Notes under the pieces: model-generated | Seen by the model: the letters and a program-made list of their open reading frames with translations, nothing else | What the model was told of the DNA's origin: nothing | Databases searched by the model: none | Made by a program: the position numbers and the translations under genes | NCBI GenBank assembly: GCA_022822745.1 | Contig: JAJEAO010000005.1 | Location: 17,831-81,830, forward strand | DNA length: 64,000 bases | Direction: 5' to 3' | DNA from: Acidobacteriota bacterium | Lineage (GTDB): Bacteria; Acidobacteriota; Vicinamibacteria; Marinacidobacterales; Marinacidobacteraceae | Shown here: one piece after another, positions 1 to 9,600 of the stretch | Numbering within the stretch: the first letter of the stretch is position 1 | Layout of the letters: the number at the start of each line of letters is the position of its first letter

Positions 1-5
1 GGAAT

Positions 6-1928
6 GTGATCGCCGGCAACTCGCTCTTCGGCGTGGCTGACCGAGACTTGGTGATCTCGCCGGGGACCTTCGAGGCCGCCGGGCTCCGCCAGTGGCTTGA
101 TCTCGCGAGCGACGCCGCGGCCGAAGTTGCTGAAGGGCTTGATCGTACGAGGCAGGAGTATTCCCGAAGTGAGGCAGCCGACAAGAGCGCCAAGAGGGCT
201 CTGTCGGGGCTTGCCCGCGTGTACGACTTGTGGGCGGCGGAGTCGTTCGGCCACTTCGGCGGACGCCACCTGATCGAGCGCTACGGTGCAAGGATTGCTA
301 CGGAGACGTTGCACCCGGACCGGGAGGCGGAGATCGCGGCGGCGCAGGCCACCGCGGAGAAACACCGGTTCCTCCACTGGCCGCTGGCTTTCCCGCTCCA
401 GTTCCACCGGGACCGACCCGGATTCGACGCCGTGGTCGGGAATCCGCCATGGGAGGAGGTCACGATTGAGGAACTCGGGTTCTATGTGCTCTACCAGCCG
501 GGGCTGAACTCGATGCCGGAGGCGGAACGGGAACAGGCGATCACCGAACTTCTCCAGCGGCGGCCGGAACTAACGGAGCGCTTCGAAGACGAACAGGAGC
601 GCGTCGCAGCGGCGCGCGCCGCGCTCGCGGCTAGCGGCTATGCCTCGACCGTGGGCGACCCGGATCTCTACAAGTCCTTCTGCCAGCGCTACCGGGCGCT
701 CCTGCGGCAGGGCGGACGCCTGGGCGTGGTGCTGCCTCGGTCGGCATTCAACGCGAAGGGATCAAGGGCTTTCCGGAAGTGGCTCCATCGTGAGACCACG
801 GTCGAGCGCGTGGACTTCCTGCTGAACAAGGGGCGTTGGGCTTTCGACGCGGAGCCGCGCTATTCGGTGGGCCTCCTTGCCGCCCGAAACCAGGTGCCCG
901 CCTCGAAGCACCGCATCGAGATCGCGGGCGTGGCGGACTCTCCGGAGGCCTGGGAGGAGCAAGGGACGCTCCCGGGGGTCCGCATCCCCGACTCGGGGCT
1001 CGGGCCGGACCTCCAGATCCCGCTGCTCGAATCCCAGGCGGAAGCCGATCTTCTCGCCAAGCTGCGTCGGGGGACGCCGTTCCCGCTCGGCGGCGGCCGC
1101 TGGCGCTGCTTCGCCGTCCGGGAACTCGACGAGACGAACGACAAGCGGCTCTGGAACGCCGTCGTCCGGTCCGACGCGACGCTTCTGCCCCTGTGGAAGG
1201 GTGAGAGCTTCGATCAGTACGACCCGCACGGGGCCGGGGAGCGGCGCTGCCCGGACAGCGAGGCGCTCCAACGGAAGATCCGGAAGCCGCGTCCGGGCAG
1301 CGGCCAGCTTGTCGGCAAGAAGATAAGCCTTGCAGTGCGGCGGCGGGCGGTGCTTCGAGAACTCCAACGGGCGCGGGTGGCATTCCGGGATGTGACGAAC
1401 CGCACGAACTCACGAACGGTCCTTGCTTGCTTGGTCCCACCGCGAACGCTCCTGACGAACACGGCTCCCTATGTTGCTTTCGTGGGCGAGGAGGAGATCG
1501 CTCAGTCTGCTGCACTGGGTGTGATGAACAGTCTGACATTCGACTGGCAGGCGCGGCGATACGTCGAAATCCACATGAGCTTCTTCCTGCTGAACTCACT
1601 CACGATCCCCAACCTTGATCACGAGGACTTCGCAGCCATCGCGGAATCCGCAGCACGGCTCTCCGCGCCAGACGAGCGCTTTGCCGACTTTGCCGCTACC
1701 ACCGGGGTCGAGGTCCGCGACCTGTCCGAGGAGGAGCGACAGCGCCTCCGGGTTGACATCGACGCCCGGGTGGCGCGCGCCTGGAATCTGAACCTGGACG
1801 ACCTCGAAGTCATGCTCGACGACTTCACGGAGCGGGCCGTTCCGCCTGCCTACCGCACTGCCCTTCGCCGCAGGCTGCGAGAGCTTCGCGACGGGGCCGA
1901 TTCGGGCGCCGCCGGGAGGACTCCCTGA
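6..1928 (+). CDS. N6-adenine DNA methyltransferase, C-terminal ~640 aa (5-prime end cut by the window edge); DrmMI / PglX / type IIG-like
   Basis: ORF is open to the window start. Motif IV DAVVGNPPW (gamma-class amino-MTase) lies ~140 aa in, followed by a long C-terminal region. Its TGA stop overlaps the next ATG (TGATG). GC3 bias is weaker than in neighbouring native genes. Confidence 0.7.
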   Translation: MIAGNSLFGVADRDLVISPGTFEAAGLRQWLDLASDAAAEVAEGLDRTRQEYSRSEAADKSAKRALSGLARVYDLWAAESFGHFGGRHLIERYGARIATETLHPDREAEIAAAQATAEKHRFLHWPLAFPLQFHRDRPGFDAVVGNPPWEEVTIEELGFYVLYQPGLNSMPEAEREQAITELLQRRPELTERFEDEQERVAAARAALAASGYASTVGDPDLYKSFCQRYRALLRQGGRLGVVLPRSAFNAKGSRAFRKWLHRETTVERVDFLLNKGRWAFDAEPRYSVGLLAARNQVPASKHRIEIAGVADSPEAWEEQGTLPGVRIPDSGLGPDLQIPLLESQAEADLLAKLRRGTPFPLGGGRWRCFAVRELDETNDKRLWNAVVRSDATLLPLWKGESFDQYDPHGAGERRCPDSEALQRKIRKPRPGSGQLVGKKISLAVRRRAVLRELQRARVAFRDVTNRTNSRTVLACLVPPRTLLTNTAPYVAFVGEEEIAQSAALGVMNSLTFDWQARRYVEIHMSFFLLNSLTIPNLDHEDFAAIAESAARLSAPDERFADFAATTGVEVRDLSEEERQRLRVDIDARVARAWNLNLDDLEVMLDDFTERAVPPAYRTALRRRLRELRDGADSGAAGRTP

Positions 1929-4900
1929 TGGCTCGGCCCGAGCTCGTGGACAACCGCGGGGCGAACACTCACGCCCACGCCCTCCACGCGCTCGCGGACG
2001 ACCACGATTCACGCCACCCGCTGGCCGCGGCCACCGCGTACTTCAACCTCATCGGGCTCCACCACCTCGCGCAGGCTACGCGGGATGGGCGATCCGGGCG
2101 GCTCCTCCTCGGCACTTCCCGCCCCACTGGAGGGAAGTCCAGCACCCTCGACGTCTTCGGCGCCTGCATGGAGGAGTTTCGTCGGGATCGAGACCACGCC
2201 TCGTTCCCGCCCAGCCGCGCCTCGAAGACTCTGAGCGACGTGCTGGCCTGGCTTCAGCGCGACGACATCGAGGTCCGCCGCTATCTGAAGCAGTTCCTTC
2301 ACGGCAAGGCTTATCTTCTTGGCGAGATCGCTGACGCCCGCGCGGCGCTGGTCACCTCGGCGAACCTGACCGCCGCCGGACTCGCCCGGAACCTCGAGCT
2401 GGGCGTCGCCGACTACCAGCCCCACGTCGCCCGCAGCGCCATCGAGTGGTTCGACCGTCTGTGGGAGGAGGCGCCCGATTTCAAGGGAGACCTCATCGAA
2501 ATTCTCGGCAGCGCCCGTCTGAATCTGGAGGATCCGTGGACGGTCTTCCTCCGGGCGCTGCTCGAACTCTTCGGGGACGACGAGGAGGAGATCGCCAAGC
2601 CCGGGAAGGTGAACCTCGCGCCGTTCCAGTGGGACGGCTATCGCCGCGCTCTCAAGATCCTCCGCCGCCACCACGGCGTGGTCTTCGCCGACGGCGTGGG
2701 CACCGGCAAGACCATGATCGGCCTCGCCTTCCTCGAGGAGTACGCACTGCGCCGGGGCCAGCTCGCGATCGTCATCGCCCCCGCCCAGCTCCGCGAGCGC
2801 TGGCAGGACGACATTGCCCAGCGTGGACTGCCAGCCAAGGTGCTGAGCTACCACGAGCTGGCCTCCGACATCCAGCTCGCCCCGAAGGATGTCGCGAACC
2901 GCAAGCGCCACCTCTCCGCCGACAAGGACGCCTACCGCCTCGTCCTCGCCGACGAGGGCCACGCGTTCCGCAACCCGGGCACGACCTGGCACCGGGCGCT
3001 CTCCCGCCTGCTCGGCGGCGAGCCGAAGGATCTGGTGCTCCTCACCGCGACGCCGATCAACAACGGTCTCTGGGACCTCTACCACCTGGTCATGGCGTTC
3101 GCCCGCCACGATCGGGCCTTCGCCAACTGGCGTATCCCCTCGCTCCGGGAGCTGTTCGAGCGCGCCGGAGCGAGTGCGCGGAAGGCCGCGGATCTCGACC
3201 CCGATGTTCTCTTCGCGCTCGCGGATCTGGTGAGCGTCCGCCGTGATCGGCGTTTCCTCGTCGAGCGCTACAAGGGCGAGACTTTCCCCGATGGCACGGT
3301 CGTCCGCTTCCCCGAGCCGGAGCTGCATACCGCCCGCTACGACCTCGATTCGGCGGATCCCGGTCTCGTCCCCACGATCACCGAGGCGATCGAGGGGCTC
3401 ACCATGGCCCGTTACGTCCCGAGCCGCTATCTCGTCGCCGGGAACGAGTCGAAGCGGGAGGGGCAGCTTTCCGGGCTGCTCCGCTCCGGCATCCTGAAGC
3501 GCTTCGAGTCCTGCTGGCATGCCTGCCGGCTCACCGTGAAGAGGATGATGCGGGCGCACGAGGCCTTTCTCGTGGCCTGGGACGAGGGTTGGGTGCTCGG
3601 AGGGCAGGCGCTCAAGGAGGCGGCGGAAGGAGAGGAAGAGGTTTCGGGCCTGGCCGAGACGCTGGCCGAGGACAGCTTCGGCGACGATCGGATCCCCTCG
3701 TCCGAGTTCGATCCCTCCTACCGGAAGGACGTCGAGCGCGATCTGGCCGCGCTCCGGAAGATCGAGGCGCGGCTCGACCGGCTGACCCCGGAGGACGACC
3801 CGAAGCTGGCCTGCCTCACCGACCTGATCGAGAAATCGCCATCGCAGAAAGTCATCGTCTTTTCCACCTTCGCCGACACGATCCGATATCTCGACGAACA
3901 GCTCCCGGAGAAGATCAGGGGCCGCGAGCGCATCACCGTGATCGGCGACGAGGCGGACCCGGACCAGCGCACCGAAATGCTCTCCCGGTTCGCTCCGAAG
4001 TCCGTGATCGGTCCGGACCATCTGCCCGAGGACGGCGAGGTGGATCTGCTCCTCAGCAACGATGTCCTCTCCGAAGGTCAGAACCTCCAGCAGGCCGCCG
4101 CGGTCATCAGCTACGACATGCCGTGGAACCCGCAGCGCGTCGTTCAGCGCTACGGGCGGGTCATCCGGCTGAAGAGCGAGCACAGGCGCGTCTTCCTGAC
4201 CACCATGCTTCCCGCGCCGGGAGAACTCGAACCCATCCTGAAGCTGGAAGTCGCCATCCGACGCAAGATGGCGGCGGCGGGCGTTTACGGGATGGAGGTG
4301 GAGGTCGTCGAGGATGCGCCGGCGTCGGAAGTCCGCGCCTTCGCCGATCGCCTCCAGGCGGGAGACGCTTCGCTCCTCGACGAGGCCGCGGATGGCGACG
4401 AGGGCCAGTTGTTCAGCGGCGAGGGACTTCGCGCCGAGCTGGCCCGCTGGATCCACGAAATGGGGATCGAGAAGTTGAAGAAGCTGCCGTGGGGGACGGG
4501 AGCGGTGTTCCAACGCCAGTCCGACGACCCGCGCCGCGAGGAGGGGGGCTGGTTCTTCGCCTGCCGCACGCGAAGGGACGAGCGCTACTGGCGCTGGGTG
4601 GAGCGCGATCGTTCCACCCGACCCGAGCCCGACGCCGCCATCCTGCGCCGCATCCACCCGCGCGGTGCGGAGGGCCTGATGGACGGCGACTACCAGCCCG
4701 ACGAAGCGCTCGAAGCGGCCTGGAGCGCAGCGGCGGCCTCCATCGTCTCCGAACACAACGGACTGGTGGAGGCGGCGGAAGACGGTGATTCCATCGGTCC
4801 GCTCCAGACCTGGGCGATCCGGGACATCCTCGAGGATCCGGATGTGCGCCTGCCCGACGGGGCGAACGCTGCCGCCGAAGCGCTCGCAGTCGGACGCGGC

Positions 4901-5107
4901 ACGATCGTCCGCCGCGCGCTGGGCGCGATCCGGAAGCGCGTGGAGAGCCGGGAGATCACGAGAGACCGCGCGGCCATCGAGATCGTGGAGCTGGTGCGAA
5001 CCGAAGGGCTGCGGCCGGTGGAGGAGCTCGCGCGACTCGAACCGATCACCGAGGAGGATCTGGGCGTCGTCTGCTGGATGGAGATCCGCCCCACCGACCC
5101 GACCTGA
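1928..5107 (+). CDS. PLD/HKD-type nuclease domain fused to an SNF2-family (DEGH-box) helicase
   Basis: N-terminus has FLHGKAYLL...ALVTSANLTAAGL, which parallels the HxK...GSxN PLD/Nuc motif. Helicase motifs: GVGTGKT (I), LVLADEGHAFRN (II), LLTATPINNGLWDLYHL (III), VIVFSTF (IV), LLSNDVLSEGQNLQ and QRYGRVIRL (V/VI). Confidence 0.85.
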   Translation: MARPELVDNRGANTHAHALHALADDHDSRHPLAAATAYFNLIGLHHLAQATRDGRSGRLLLGTSRPTGGKSSTLDVFGACMEEFRRDRDHASFPPSRASKTLSDVLAWLQRDDIEVRRYLKQFLHGKAYLLGEIADARAALVTSANLTAAGLARNLELGVADYQPHVARSAIEWFDRLWEEAPDFKGDLIEILGSARLNLEDPWTVFLRALLELFGDDEEEIAKPGKVNLAPFQWDGYRRALKILRRHHGVVFADGVGTGKTMIGLAFLEEYALRRGQLAIVIAPAQLRERWQDDIAQRGLPAKVLSYHELASDIQLAPKDVANRKRHLSADKDAYRLVLADEGHAFRNPGTTWHRALSRLLGGEPKDLVLLTATPINNGLWDLYHLVMAFARHDRAFANWRIPSLRELFERAGASARKAADLDPDVLFALADLVSVRRDRRFLVERYKGETFPDGTVVRFPEPELHTARYDLDSADPGLVPTITEAIEGLTMARYVPSRYLVAGNESKREGQLSGLLRSGILKRFESCWHACRLTVKRMMRAHEAFLVAWDEGWVLGGQALKEAAEGEEEVSGLAETLAEDSFGDDRIPSSEFDPSYRKDVERDLAALRKIEARLDRLTPEDDPKLACLTDLIEKSPSQKVIVFSTFADTIRYLDEQLPEKIRGRERITVIGDEADPDQRTEMLSRFAPKSVIGPDHLPEDGEVDLLLSNDVLSEGQNLQQAAAVISYDMPWNPQRVVQRYGRVIRLKSEHRRVFLTTMLPAPGELEPILKLEVAIRRKMAAAGVYGMEVEVVEDAPASEVRAFADRLQAGDASLLDEAADGDEGQLFSGEGLRAELARWIHEMGIEKLKKLPWGTGAVFQRQSDDPRREEGGWFFACRTRRDERYWRWVERDRSTRPEPDAAILRRIHPRGAEGLMDGDYQPDEALEAAWSAAAASIVSEHNGLVEAAEDGDSIGPLQTWAIRDILEDPDVRLPDGANAAAEALAVGRGTIVRRALGAIRKRVESREITRDRAAIEIVELVRTEGLRPVEELARLEPITEEDLGVVCWMEIRPTDPT

Positions 5108-5183
5108 CCCGGTCGAGCCGGCGTCGGCGGCCTGCAAGGGTTGCCGCGGGGCTATCCTCACGCTTCCCGTCGGAAGTTCCGCG

Positions 5184-6389
5184 ATGAAGGTCCAGGTGAA
5201 TCCCGAGCTCCTTGTGTGGGCCCGGCGCACGGCGGGACTGGGGGTCGAGGAGGCGGCTCACCTGCTCCGGTTCGAGGACACCCGACGCCGAACAGCGGCG
5301 GAGCGGCTGGCCAGTCTCGAACGAGGGGCCGAGGCGCCGTCCCTTTCGGTGCTCGATCGGATGGCGCATCGCTACCACCGGCCTGTCCTCGCGTTCTACC
5401 TCGAGCACGCTCCCGAAGAAGAGGAGAGCGCCGCGCGGCTTCGTTCCGCCCCCGGAGACCTGACTCGCCGGGAGGCCGGCTTGCTGGATGCCTTTGTCCG
5501 ACGAATGCGCGAGCGCCAGCGTCTGCTGCGTGAGGCGCTCGAGGACGGTGAAGAGGGTGAGGTCGTCCCGTGGGTGGGGTCGGCGGATGTCCGCGACGGC
5601 GCGACGGCGCTCGCGGCTCGCATCCGTCGCCTTCTCGATCTGAATCTCACCGAGTTCCGCTCCCGGCGCGATGCGAGAGCAGGGTTCGAGTGGCTCCGGG
5701 GGAAGGTCGAGACCACCAGAGCGGTTGTTCTGCTCGAAGGCGACCTGGGCTCCCACCAGACGGCGCTAGAGCTCCACGTATTCCGCGGCCTCTCGCTTGC
5801 CGATCCGGTGGCGCCATTCATCGTCATCAATCCGGGGGACGCGGACGCTGCCTGGTCGTTCACGCTGCTCCACGAGCTGACGCACCTCGTTCTGGGACAG
5901 AGCGAGTTCGCGAGTCTGACGAGCGACGACCGCATCGAACGTCTTTGCAACGACGTGGCTGGGGAGCTGCTCGTGCCAGCGCGGGACCTTCAGGGACTCG
6001 GGCCGATGCGCGCACGCGATCTGGATCAGCTCCGCGACAGCATCTCGGATCTGGCCCAAGCCTGGCGCGTCAGCCGTTCGATGGTCGCCTACCGCATGTT
6101 CCGCACCGGGCTCATTCACCGCGATGAATTCCTATCGCTCCTGAGCACCTTCGAGCGGCGCTGGCAGAAAGCCAAGGAAGCTCGAAGAGCCGCGAATCGT
6201 ACGCGCCCGAGTGGTCCGGATTTCTATGCGGTGCGGCGCTATCGCTTGGGAAAGGCGATGATCCGACGGACGAAACGGTTGTGGCGGAGCGGGTCGTTGT
6301 CCACGACAGAGGCCGGGCGGATCCTCGGTGTGCGTGGCGGCAGCGTTCACGCTCTACTGGATGTCGCGAGCGAGCGAGCACGACGTTGA
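5184..6389 (+). CDS. HTH (XRE-like) + ImmA/IrrE-family zinc metallopeptidase regulator
   Basis: ATG at 5184 lies inside the longer track ORF 4785..6389, whose upstream part overlaps the helicase 3-prime end and looks non-coding. HEXXH motif in LLHELTHLVLGQSEF; helix-turn-helix-like N-terminal segment. Confidence 0.75.
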   Translation: MKVQVNPELLVWARRTAGLGVEEAAHLLRFEDTRRRTAAERLASLERGAEAPSLSVLDRMAHRYHRPVLAFYLEHAPEEEESAARLRSAPGDLTRREAGLLDAFVRRMRERQRLLREALEDGEEGEVVPWVGSADVRDGATALAARIRRLLDLNLTEFRSRRDARAGFEWLRGKVETTRAVVLLEGDLGSHQTALELHVFRGLSLADPVAPFIVINPGDADAAWSFTLLHELTHLVLGQSEFASLTSDDRIERLCNDVAGELLVPARDLQGLGPMRARDLDQLRDSISDLAQAWRVSRSMVAYRMFRTGLIHRDEFLSLLSTFERRWQKAKEARRAANRTRPSGPDFYAVRRYRLGKAMIRRTKRLWRSGSLSTTEAGRILGVRGGSVHALLDVASERARR

Positions 6390-6593
6390 TCTATCTTCTG
6401 GACGAGAACTTCGGACTGGAGGAATCCGTGACGCATGAATGGGAAGGGCTCCGCGATGACAAAGCTGATTCTGCTGTGGCGCGTCAATCAGGGTGAGACG
6501 AGCGCGACAAACAGGATAGGACGGAGTCGGACGGTCGGCGGAGTCGTGAGCCGTCGTTGAGGGGGCTCGCGACAAGGACGACCGGACGGCGCT

Positions 6594-6614
6594 GAGCCCC
6601 GGCTCGCCGGGGCT
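6594..6614 (+). terminator. GC-rich hairpin (agccccggc-tcg-ccggggct) downstream of the ImmA/IrrE gene; possible intrinsic terminator without a U-tract
   Basis: Perfect 9-bp stem seen in the sequence; no T-run follows. Confidence 0.25.
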
Positions 6615-6632
6615 TCTCCGCCGGGGTCGGGG

Positions 6633-9600
6633 GTGTGTGGCGCGCCGGGATGGGCGTGTTGGCGGGAGGGTGAAGCCGGGTTGGAGGCGGGGCGCATACC
6701 ATCGCGCCATGTCGTGGCGGCGCGGGGGGAAGCGCAGGGCGCGGATCCGCGAGAGGGCGGCTCCGTGACGCAACTCGGTGTGCGTCCGGACTCGGGCCGC
6801 AGCCGGTCCGAGCCGGCGTCATCCACCCCCGGCGTTCTGGTCCAGGAGCTGGATCGCATCGCGCGGGAAACCGGGAGAGCCCGCAAGATCCTGATCGGTC
6901 GCACGCGTGGCGAGGGGAAGGAGCTGCTGCGGCAAGTGGCGCTGCGTGGCCGCTCGTGGACGGGGTTCGAGGTCGAGACGTTACGACCCTTCGCTTCCCG
7001 AATCGCTGCGCCCCGCCTCGCCCGGGATGGCCTCGCGGTGATGGATTCGGTCGACGAGCACGCTCTCGTCGAGCGCGCCCTGGACTGCGTGATCCCGCGC
7101 TTCCCCGACTTCTCGGAACTCGCGGAGAAGACCGGGTTCCGGGAGGCGGTGCGCCACTCGGTGGCGGCGCTGCGAAACGCCGGCGTCCGGCCGGACGCCG
7201 TGGAGCCCCGTGGCGGAGATTCGCAGGGGTTCGACAAGACCTCGCTGGTGACGCAGGTTCTGGCGGCGTACGAGTCTCTGATGCGGGAGGCGAACCGAAC
7301 GGACACGGCGGGGATCCTCCGGAGGGCGACCCGGAGTCTCGACGGCGGCGAGCGCCCTCGCTGGCTCGCGGATGCCCGGATCTTCCTGCTCCCCGGGCTT
7401 CCCGACCGGGGACTCGAGAGAGGCTTTCTGGCTGCACTGCAGGGCCTCGGGGCGGAAGTTCTCCGGACCGACGCTGTGGAGGGCCTGAATGTCCCGGATG
7501 GAGTCCTCTGGGAGGCGGCGCCGCCGGAATCCTGGGGCAGTTGGCTCCACGCCGTGGATCGGTGCGAGGCGGGCGCTCGGTCCGACCGCATCGAGCTGTT
7601 CCGCGCGGCTTCGGTTTCCGACGAGTTGCGAGGTGTGCTGCGAAGGGCGCTGGACATGGGAGCCCGCTGGGATCAGGTCGAGATCGTCGCCGCCGACCCC
7701 TGGTCGTACGGGTCGGCGCTCCACGCGGTGGCTGAGGCGAAGGAGATCCCGGTCAACTTCGCGGTCGGCCTGCCGGTCGAGCGAACCCGTCCCGGAAGGG
7801 TCGTCTCGACCTGGTTCCGCTGGATCGAGAGCGGTTTCCAGGAGTCGCTCTTCCGGGCGCTCGTCGAGGCCGGCGATGTGACGCCGCCGGGGAAGACGCG
7901 ATCCAGGGGGTTGTATGGCCCGTCTCTTGCCCGGGCGCTGCGGCGGCTCCGGATCGGGTGGGGCAGGGAACGAACGCTCGAGAGGATCGAGCAGGGGCTC
8001 GAGGGCGTCAGCGCGCTTCGGCCCAAGCCCACCGAGAGCGAGGCGAAGTTCGAGGAACGCAGGAAGTGGGAGCGCAGGAAGTGGGAGCGCAGGAAGTTGA
8101 TGGCGCTGCGGGACCTTCTCCGTCCCGTGCTCGAGGCGACGCCGGCGACCGACGGTCAGGCCTCGCCGTCCGAGGTTGCGAGCGGCGTGAAGAGTCTGCT
8201 GAAGCGAGCGACAAGCGGCACCGCCACCGACGGCATGGCGAGGCAGCGGCTCCTGGGTCAACTCGATCGCATCGAGGCCACGTTGACGCGTCCCACCGAC
8301 TTCGCTTCGGCCTGCGCGATCGTCCAGGCCCGCCTCCAGATCCGCATCCCGGCGCCGGGAACGAAGGGGCTGGCGCGGTGGAGCACTGCGCCCGGCGCCA
8401 TCTACCTGACGGATCGGCGGCATGGAGGCGCCACCGGCCGCCGCTTCACCTTCATCGTCGGTCTCCATGCGCGGTCCGTGGTCGGCTCGCTCCACGAAGA
8501 TCCGCTGCTCGGCGACGAGGAACGGCGTCGCATCGGCGAGGGTGAACTGCCGCTCGCGTCTGACCGGGCGGATGAGGCCCGCTTCGACTTCGCCCAGCTC
8601 TTCGCTCGATTGCGGGGCACGGTCGTCGTCAGCTACCCGTGCTGGGATCCCGTCCAGAGCAGGAAACTGGCGCCGGCTCCCGAAATGCTTCAGGCGCTTC
8701 GGCTTCGCGAGTGCGATGCGGCCCTCGGCTTCGAGAAGCTGGAGAAGGCAATCGGCGTGGCCGAGTCGCGTGCGCCGCGTCAAGAAATCACCGCCGACCT
8801 CGACCGCAGCGATGCGTGGCTACGCGCTCTCACGAGGGAGCCAGGCCGATTCCGCGACGGACTGGCTGCCGTTTCGCGATCGTTTCCCCAGCTTGGCGCG
8901 GGCCTCGCCGTCGCTCGGGCCCTCGAGCGCGACGAGCCGTCGGTGCATACCGGTTTTCTCGGTGTCCATTCTCCGCCTCTCCCCTACCAGGATGTCTCGG
9001 GCTGGAAGTTCTCGGCGAGCGGTCTCGAGACCCTGGGTACCTGTCCCCGACGCTTTCTCTTCAAGTACATCATCAAGGCGTATCCGCCCGACGACCCCGA
9101 GTTCGATCCCGGCCGGTGGCTGAATGCGCTAAAGAAGGGAGGACTGCTTCATCGGGTGTTCGAGAAGACACTCAAAAAGGCTCGGTGCCGCGGGATCGAA
9201 CCTCTCGACTCCCAGTTTGAGATTCTTGCTCAAAAGGTGCTGGCGCTCGAGGGTCAGAAGGAGCTCCGGAACACACCTTCCCCGAGCCAGGCGGTGCACC
9301 GCTGGCAGATGGAGGAACTCCAGGAGGACGCTCGCTCCTTCGTCGAGATGATTCGCAAGCGGGAGCCGCAGTGGCTGAAGCTCGAATGGCCGTTCGGGCG
9401 GGACACGGATCTGAAGATCCAGGCCGGGCGTCGGTCCGTTCTAGTGCGCGGTTCCGTGGACCGGGTTGACGACCATGGCAGTCACCTGCTCGTGGTGGAC
9501 TACAAGACCGGCAGCGATTACAAGTACCAAGGTGAAACCAAGACCCACGACGGTGGACGGCGCCTGCAGCACTTCCTGTACGCCCGCGTGGTGGCCGACG

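Noticed and set aside
4785-5183. Upstream extension of the HTH-ImmA/IrrE ORF (track start 4785)
   Set aside because: It overlaps the helicase 3-prime end and is Ser/Arg/Pro low-complexity. A clean ATG at 5184 precedes the conserved HTH.
2009-5230. 1073-aa ORF on the minus strand spanning the whole SNF2 helicase gene
   Set aside because: It is antisense to a gene with unambiguous helicase motifs and its translation is low-complexity (Arg/Gly/Ala/Pro-rich). This is the typical antisense shadow ORF of high-GC DNA.
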